Assembly (NCBI GenBank): GCA_964582565.1
Contig: CAZOSY010000001.1
Location: 1-50,436, forward strand
Direction: 5' to 3'
DNA: 50,436 nt
Source: an uncultured Bacteroidales bacterium
Lineage (GTDB): Bacteria; Bacteroidota; Bacteroidia; Bacteroidales; CAZZDX01
The position numbers and the translations under genes are program-made. Below, piece by piece: positions 17,267 through 23,196 of this stretch (position 1 is its first letter; every line of letters begins with the position of its first letter). The notes beneath the pieces are model-generated. The model saw nothing but the letters and a program-made list of their open reading frames with translations, ran no database searches and was not told where the DNA came from.

Positions 17267-19123
17267 ATGATTAAAACAAGTATTTTAACTCCATTTAAGG
17301 CTATAAGGTTTCTTTTTAAAAAACCAAAGACATTAAGATTCCCTTTTGAACAGAAGGATACGGCATTGAGATACAGAGGTTTTCATCTTAATGATTGGGA
17401 TAAGTGTACTGGCTGCGGTAATTGTGCTGATATTTGTCCTAATGAGGCTATTAAAATGGTTGAGATACCAGAAATAACACCTAATCCTAAAGAAGGTATG
17501 AAGAATGAAAGACCTGAAATTGACTATGGTAGATGTTGTTTTTGCGGCTTATGTGTTGATATTTGTCCTCCCGGTTCTCTCCGTCTTTCAAGAGATTATC
17601 TACATATTCATTTTGATACAAAAAGTTTTGTTTTTATTCCAAAAGATGAAAAAACAGACAAAGAAAATTTTCTTGATAAAAAAGATTATTCTATATTTAA
17701 AGCAAGTTTGTCACATAGAAAGAAGGATTACGAGGGATTTTCTTCTGACCTTAAATATTCATTATTTGAACCAGAACGTATAATTATGCCTCAGGTAAAA
17801 CCCGAAGAACGTAAACTCTCCTTTATAGAACAAGTTATAGGTTACAGTAAAGAAGAGGCAAAAATGGAGGCCTCAAGATGTCTGGAATGTAAATTATGTG
17901 AAGAGGCCTGCCCTGCACACCTTAAAATTTCTGATTACATCAAGGCAATTTATGAAGACAAACCAGACGAATCATTGAAAAAGATTTATGAGGACAACCC
18001 AATTCCATCAATCTGTGGAAGAATATGTATGGCTCATTGTGAAGATGCCTGTTCAATCGGGAAAAGAGGCGATTCTCTTGCTATAAGATGGATAAAAAGA
18101 TATGCTGCTGATACTATTCAGGATTTTAAATCCACTTTAGAGCTCAAGCCTGCTAAGTCTAACGGTAAAAAAGTAGCAGTTGTCGGTGCCGGACCAGGTG
18201 GTTTATCAGTATCTTATTTCTTAAGACTAAAGGGCTATGAAGTTACAGTATTTGATTCTTTATCAGGAGGAGGTGGAGCCATAAGGATAGGACCGCCAAT
18301 TTATAGATTACCAATAGAGGCAATAGATAAAGATGTGAATTATATAAGCTCTTTGGGAGTTGAGTTTAAATTTAATACAACCATTGGGAAAGATATTTTA
18401 TTTGAAGATATTTTAAAAAATTATGAAGTAGTTTATCTCGGAATAGGTACTTTTGTGAGTCGGTCGACGAGAGTGAAAAATGCGGAAAAATGTTTGTTGG
18501 CACTAAATTTCTTAAAAGAGAATAAAATAGGTGAAGGAGTTAAAGTGGGTAAAGAAATTATAGTAATAGGTGGAGGTAATGTTGCTATGGATACTGCCAG
18601 AGAAGCACTTCGTCTGCAATATATCCAATATCCTAAAGAAGAAGCTATTACAAAGACAGTATCCCTGGAAGATTGGGATATAATGCCAGCAACAGATGAA
18701 GAAATTAAAGAGGCAAAAGAAGAAGGAATACAATTCAATCCTGCATGGGGACCAAAAGAAGTTGTCCTTGATGAAAAAGGAAATATTAAAGGATTGTTAT
18801 GCAAAAAGGTTAAATCAGTATTTGATGAACAAAAAAGATTTTCTCCTACATTTTTTGAAGAAAAAACAATATTGCTGAAAGGTGATATGATTATTGAAGC
18901 TATCGGTCAAGGATCTGACTTTTCATTCATGCCGGAAGAATTATTTAAGAAACTTGAATTTACACCAAGAAGAAAAGTAAAAGTTGATGATAATGGTATG
19001 ACTTCTATACCAAAAATTTTTGCAGGCGGCGATATTGTAAATATTAATTTAGATGCTGTTACTGCAATTGCTGATGCAAAAGTTGCTTCACAAGGAATAG
19101 ATAATTTTTTGTCTTCTATTTAA
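17267..19123 (+). CDS. fusion protein: NuoI/MbxN-like 2x[4Fe-4S] ferredoxin domain + GltD/SudA/NfnB-like NAD(P)H-dependent FAD oxidoreductase
   Basis: N-terminal part: CTGCGNCADICP and CCFCGLCVDICP. C-terminal part: RCLECKLCEEACP, ICGRICMAHCEDAC, VAVVGAGPGGLS, IIVIGGGNVAMD and FAGGDIV. Confidence 0.85.
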   Translation: MIKTSILTPFKAIRFLFKKPKTLRFPFEQKDTALRYRGFHLNDWDKCTGCGNCADICPNEAIKMVEIPEITPNPKEGMKNERPEIDYGRCCFCGLCVDICPPGSLRLSRDYLHIHFDTKSFVFIPKDEKTDKENFLDKKDYSIFKASLSHRKKDYEGFSSDLKYSLFEPERIIMPQVKPEERKLSFIEQVIGYSKEEAKMEASRCLECKLCEEACPAHLKISDYIKAIYEDKPDESLKKIYEDNPIPSICGRICMAHCEDACSIGKRGDSLAIRWIKRYAADTIQDFKSTLELKPAKSNGKKVAVVGAGPGGLSVSYFLRLKGYEVTVFDSLSGGGGAIRIGPPIYRLPIEAIDKDVNYISSLGVEFKFNTTIGKDILFEDILKNYEVVYLGIGTFVSRSTRVKNAEKCLLALNFLKENKIGEGVKVGKEIIVIGGGNVAMDTAREALRLQYIQYPKEEAITKTVSLEDWDIMPATDEEIKEAKEEGIQFNPAWGPKEVVLDEKGNIKGLLCKKVKSVFDEQKRFSPTFFEEKTILLKGDMIIEAIGQGSDFSFMPEELFKKLEFTPRRKVKVDDNGMTSIPKIFAGGDIVNINLDAVTAIADAKVASQGIDNFLSSI

Positions 19124-19129
19124 TATAAT

Positions 19130-19521
19130 TTTTTAAAATTATTACAAACAAAAATTTTTTTAATCAATTAACAGTAACTACTGATATTCTTTTTTTACCG
19201 TCTATTTTAATAGTTAATGGTTTATTAAAACGTATATGTTTAAAATATTTAGTTCTATTGATTAATTTCTGTTTATTCAAAATATCAAAATTAATATAAT
19301 TATCAACAGATAAAGAGTTAATAGAAAAATAACATATATTCATTGAAGTTAGATTATGAAAGAAATGAGAGCCTAAAGAGGCATCAAGTGGAAAATCTTT
19401 TAAACTCATTTCAACAATAACTTTAGCATTAGATATTTGGTGCCAGGCAACAGGTATCCCAATAAATCTATCACGTGTCCCCCATCTGCATGGTCCAATC
19501 AGAACATATTTTTTATTCTTT
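19130..19521. repeat. direct repeat copy 1 (about 392 bp), near-identical to 28234-28626
   Basis: Hand alignment shows roughly a dozen differences, concentrated in the last ~80 bp. Confidence 0.9.
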
Positions 19522-19523
19522 AA
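19164..19523 (-). pseudogene. 3'-terminal fragment (about 119 codons) of the REC-PPDK_N-like gene at 28269..31238
   Basis: Translates to LKNKKYVLIGPCRWGTRDRFIGIPVAWHQISNAKVIVEMSLKDFPLDASLGSHFFHNLTS...ISVVTVN. This nearly matches the C-terminus of the 989-aa protein. The frame is closed by TAA at 19524-19526, so there is no N-terminal part. Confidence 0.85.
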
Positions 19524-20259
19524 TTATTTTTTTAACAATTGTTTTTTTATCTGTTGTTATTTTTATAAAGTAAATTCCTTTAGCTTGATTGCTAATATTT
19601 ACAAAACGAGAATTACTTTTATAAATTAAATTTCCAAAAATATTTCTGATTTCAATCTCTGTAATATTATCTCCGATAATTGTAAAATTATTTGATACAG
19701 GGTTAGGATATATTTTATAATCTTCTTCAGATTTATTAATATCTAAAATATTTATAGTAGCAGGCACCCAATCTATTAATATTAAAGAAAAACTTGGTTG
19801 GTTTGATGGTGTTATACTATCTAAAACTGAACTTTTTGTAAATGAGAAAGATGAATAATTACCTGTAGAATTTTTATCAGTAAGTTCCATCCAAACTTTA
19901 TATGTCCCATCAGCTACCAGTGTCATAAATGTCTGTGCCATCCCAAGTACATATTCGGGTTGCATGACTGTTTATTGTAGCTACTGTAATTGCATATACA
20001 GTATTATATATACTTGCTGCTGCCTCTGTTGATGCTTCCCATATATTCAAATGTATTTTCTGAGTTTGTGCGTAAGCAAGTAATGTCTTTACAAAATTAT
20101 CAGAACTATCCTCAATCCAAACAGCAAGGATATTTTTGGGGGCATAACCTCCGACAGCCGAGCTGGTGGTGGCGGTAACTGTTAAGGTTCCGTCTGTTTG
20201 TGCATTAATAACAAATGATATTAAGAAAACAAATAAAAAGGTTAATATTTTTTTTTCAT
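19513..20259 (-). pseudogene. T9SS-sorted secreted protein (DUF2271-like N-terminal part) interrupted by two frameshifts
   Basis: The C-terminal ORF 19513..19965 has a T9SS domain (KIYPNPVSNNF..GIYFIKITTD). The upstream frame encodes (M)KKKILTFLFVFLISFVINAQTDGTLTV..YAPKNILAVWIEDSSDNFVKTL..WDGTDIYDTGS*. The ATG at 20257-20259 is put out of frame by an A9 run. A second shift lies near 19912-19930. Confidence 0.55.
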
Positions 20260-20284
20260 ACTTTTAAATTTTTATATATTTTTC

Positions 20285-20322
20285 AAAAAAAAAGTAGAAA
20301 CACATTTATGAATGTCTCTACT
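20285..20322 (-). terminator. intrinsic terminator of gdhA
   Basis: On the minus strand: gtagagaca-(10-nt loop)-tgtttctac followed by T9, about 47 nt after the gdhA stop. Confidence 0.7.
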
Positions 20323-20368
20323 TTGTAAAATTAAACTTTAGTATTGTTGTATGTTTTTATCTGATATA

Positions 20369-21703
20369 TTAAATTATGCCTTGGTCTAACATAGCATCAG
20401 CAACTTTTAAAAATCCTGCAATATTTGCTCCTTTTACATAATTAATATACCCATCATTTTCTTTTCCGTTTTCAATGCAAGCAGTATGGATATTTTTCAT
20501 GATACTAAGCAATTTTTCATTAACTTCTTCTGCTTCCCAGTGCAATTTCATAGAATTTTGAGACATTTCCAAGCCCGAAGTAGCAACTCCGCCTGCATTA
20601 ACAGCTTTTCCGGGTGCAAATACAATTTTATTAGATTGAAGAACTTCAATTGCTTCAGGTGTGCATCCCATATTTGAAACTTCTGCAACTAATGGACATC
20701 CATTATCTATAAGTTTTTGAGCATCTTTTTCATCCAATTCATTTTGTGTAGCACAAGGCATAGCTATATCACATTTTACTTCCCATGGTTTTTTGCCTTG
20801 ATGAAATTCAGAATTAAATTCAAAAGAATAAGGTTTTACTATATCATTATTTGTTGCTCTTAATTCTAACAAATATTCTATTTTTTCGTCAGAGAGTCCT
20901 TCTTTATCATAGATATATCCATCAGGTCCTGAAATTGTAACAACTTTTCCGCCTAATTCTGTAACTTTTTTTGCTACTCCCCATGAAACATTACCAAATC
21001 CTGATATTGCAACAGTTTTACCTTTAATATTTTGTCCTTTATTTTTCAGCATTTCTTCTACAAAATATACAGCACCGTATCCTGTAGCTTCTGGTCTAAC
21101 CAAGCTACCACCCCAATTTAATCCTTTGCCTGTTAATACACCGGTATTTTCGTTTTTTAATTTTTTATACATTCCGTATAAGAAACCTATTTCTCTTGCA
21201 CCAACGCCTATATCTCCTGCTGGCACATCAGTTTCAGGTCCAATAATTTTCCATAATTCCAGCATAAATGATTGACAAAATCTCATTATTTCAGCATTAG
21301 ACTTTCCTTTAGGATTAAAATCCGAGCCTCCTTTACTGCCACCCATTGGCAAAGTAGTTAAGCTATTTTTAAAAATTTGTTCAAATCCTAAAAATTTCAA
21401 TATACTAAGATTAACGCTTGGGTGAAATCTTAAACCACCTTTATATGGTCCAATAGCATTATTAAATTGAACTCTATACCCAAGATTTACATAAACTTTA
21501 CCATTGTCATCTACCCATGGAACTTTAAATGCTAATATTCTATCAGGTTCAATGAGCCTCTCAATAATTCCAGCACTTTCAAATTGTGGATTTTCATTGT
21601 AAACGTCCTCAATAGATTCAAGAACTTCTCTTACAGCCTGAAGATATTCAACTTCGCCAGGATGTTTCCTTTCAAGGTCAATTAAAATTTTTTCTATATT
21701 CAT
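20369..21703 (-). CDS. gdhA: NADP-specific glutamate dehydrogenase
   Basis: 444 aa. GDH signature region LPMGGSKGGSDFNPKG, Rossmann GFGNVSWG, and overall hexameric-GDH-like sequence. Confidence 0.92.
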   Translation of the reverse strand: MNIEKILIDLERKHPGEVEYLQAVREVLESIEDVYNENPQFESAGIIERLIEPDRILAFKVPWVDDNGKVYVNLGYRVQFNNAIGPYKGGLRFHPSVNLSILKFLGFEQIFKNSLTTLPMGGSKGGSDFNPKGKSNAEIMRFCQSFMLELWKIIGPETDVPAGDIGVGAREIGFLYGMYKKLKNENTGVLTGKGLNWGGSLVRPEATGYGAVYFVEEMLKNKGQNIKGKTVAISGFGNVSWGVAKKVTELGGKVVTISGPDGYIYDKEGLSDEKIEYLLELRATNNDIVKPYSFEFNSEFHQGKKPWEVKCDIAMPCATQNELDEKDAQKLIDNGCPLVAEVSNMGCTPEAIEVLQSNKIVFAPGKAVNAGGVATSGLEMSQNSMKLHWEAEEVNEKLLSIMKNIHTACIENGKENDGYINYVKGANIAGFLKVADAMLDQGII

Positions 21704-21945
21704 ATTTTTAGTTATTAAGTTAAAAAAAAATTAATACTAAATGAGCAAGTATAAAAAGAGTTAAAGTCCTTTTTTAGATGTAGAATATAATAAATTTTAT
21801 ATAATAAAAGGTCTTAACCCTTTTTAAACCTGACTCTAATAAAATAAATAAATAATATGCCAAAATTATATTATATAATTTTATTATTATTAAATATTGA
21901 TATAATATAATCCATAATTGGCAATAATGTATATCAATAATATTA

Positions 21946-21959
21946 TTGATATATATCAA
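21946..21959. promoter_or_regulatory. perfect FNR/CRP-family box TTGAT-N4-ATCAA (with an extra ATCAA half-site 8 nt upstream)
   Basis: TTGATatatATCAA lies 67 nt upstream of the Crp/Fnr-family gene start (22026), in the divergent gdhA/crp-like intergenic region. Confidence 0.4.
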
Positions 21960-22025
21960 TAACAGATTAACAAAAATTAATACCTTTGATTTTTTATTAA
22001 ACAAAAATTTATTCTAAATTAGATA

Positions 22026-23168
22026 TTGTTAATAATGATAAATAAAGACCAAAATCTAAAAAAGATAATTAATAATTTAAATGAGAGAACAAAAGAATTA
22101 GATTGTATATATAAAGTTGATGAAATTTTAAGAGATTATGACATAAAATTGGAAGATGTATTAAGCAAGCTTGTAAAAATCATTCCAAAAGCATGGAGAT
22201 ATCCTGATATATGTAAAGTACAAATAATATATAAAGATATAGTTTTAAAAACAAAAGGTTTTAAAAGAACGGAATTAAAACAAAGTGCAAATATTATAGT
22301 AGATAATTATAAAGTTGGCGAGATAAATGTATTTTATATTAAGCCTGTAAAATTAGAAAAAGGAATTTTTTTGTTAGAAGAGTATAAATTATTAAAAATT
22401 ATATCAAATAAATTAAGTGATTTTATTATTCATAAAACGTTAAGAGAAGCTATTGAAAAAAAAGATGATACAAGATTTTTAGATGATAAGAATATAGAAA
22501 ATAAATATTCAAAACTAAAAGAATGGTATAAAAATATGTATTTATCAGATGAAGATTTTAAATTAATAAGTAAAACAAAGGTTAAGTTTAAAAAGGGAGA
22601 GATTATATGTAAACAAGGCTCTTTTAGTTCGTATATTATTTTTACAATTGATGGTCTTGTAAAATTATATATAGAAAGTATGTATAACAAAAATTTTATT
22701 GTAAAAATAATAAAACCATTTGATTTTATAGGATTAACTTCATTGTTTAGTGATGACAATTACTATAATTTTACTGCTAAAGCAATAATACCCTGCACAA
22801 TATATTTAATTGATAAAAATATTTTGAAAAAAATATTATTAAAGAATGAAAATTTTAGAAATGAAATATTAAAATGGTATTGTAACAATTACAGATATCT
22901 TTATAATAAACTTTCTTGTATAACAAGCAAACAATCACTTGGACGTGTAGCCAATACCTTATTGTATTTAACGCAAGAAATATCTGATAATAATACTATA
23001 AGTTCATTAATTTCAAGAAAAGATATTGCAGAATTATCAGGTATAACAACAGAAAACACTGTTCGTATATTATCAGAGTTAAAAAAGGATGGTATAATAA
23101 ATATAAGTAAAAAAGGTATTGAAATTGTAAATCTCAAATTATTAAAAGCTTATAATATTGCAGGGTAA
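22026..23168 (+). CDS. Crp/Fnr-family transcriptional regulator with an extra N-terminal sensor module
   Basis: The C-terminal half has a cNMP-binding-like beta-barrel (FKKGEIICKQGSFSSYIIFTIDGLVKLY) and a Crp HTH (ISRKDIAELSGITTENTVRILSELKKDGII). The N-terminal ~130 aa is homologous to the N-terminus of ORF 27390..28223. Confidence 0.8.
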   Translation: MLIMINKDQNLKKIINNLNERTKELDCIYKVDEILRDYDIKLEDVLSKLVKIIPKAWRYPDICKVQIIYKDIVLKTKGFKRTELKQSANIIVDNYKVGEINVFYIKPVKLEKGIFLLEEYKLLKIISNKLSDFIIHKTLREAIEKKDDTRFLDDKNIENKYSKLKEWYKNMYLSDEDFKLISKTKVKFKKGEIICKQGSFSSYIIFTIDGLVKLYIESMYNKNFIVKIIKPFDFIGLTSLFSDDNYYNFTAKAIIPCTIYLIDKNILKKILLKNENFRNEILKWYCNNYRYLYNKLSCITSKQSLGRVANTLLYLTQEISDNNTISSLISRKDIAELSGITTENTVRILSELKKDGIINISKKGIEIVNLKLLKAYNIAG

Positions 23169-23196
23169 TATTTTATAAATTTTTCTATTCTTGTAA

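Noticed and set aside
19130-19521. Interpreting the 392-bp repeat as an insertion sequence or prophage att site.
   Set aside because: It is plainly the 3' end of a cellular gene. It has no TIRs, and there is no transposase or integrase gene anywhere in the window.
22560-22900. The idea that the cluster signals through a cyclic nucleotide made by the NTase and read by the Crp-like cNMP-binding domain.
   Set aside because: The phosphate-binding-cassette position reads F-T-A-K-A (FNR-like) rather than the R-[ST]-A of cAMP/cGMP binders. The NTase is of the minimal MNT type rather than a recognisable cyclase or CD-NTase. It is kept only as a remote possibility.
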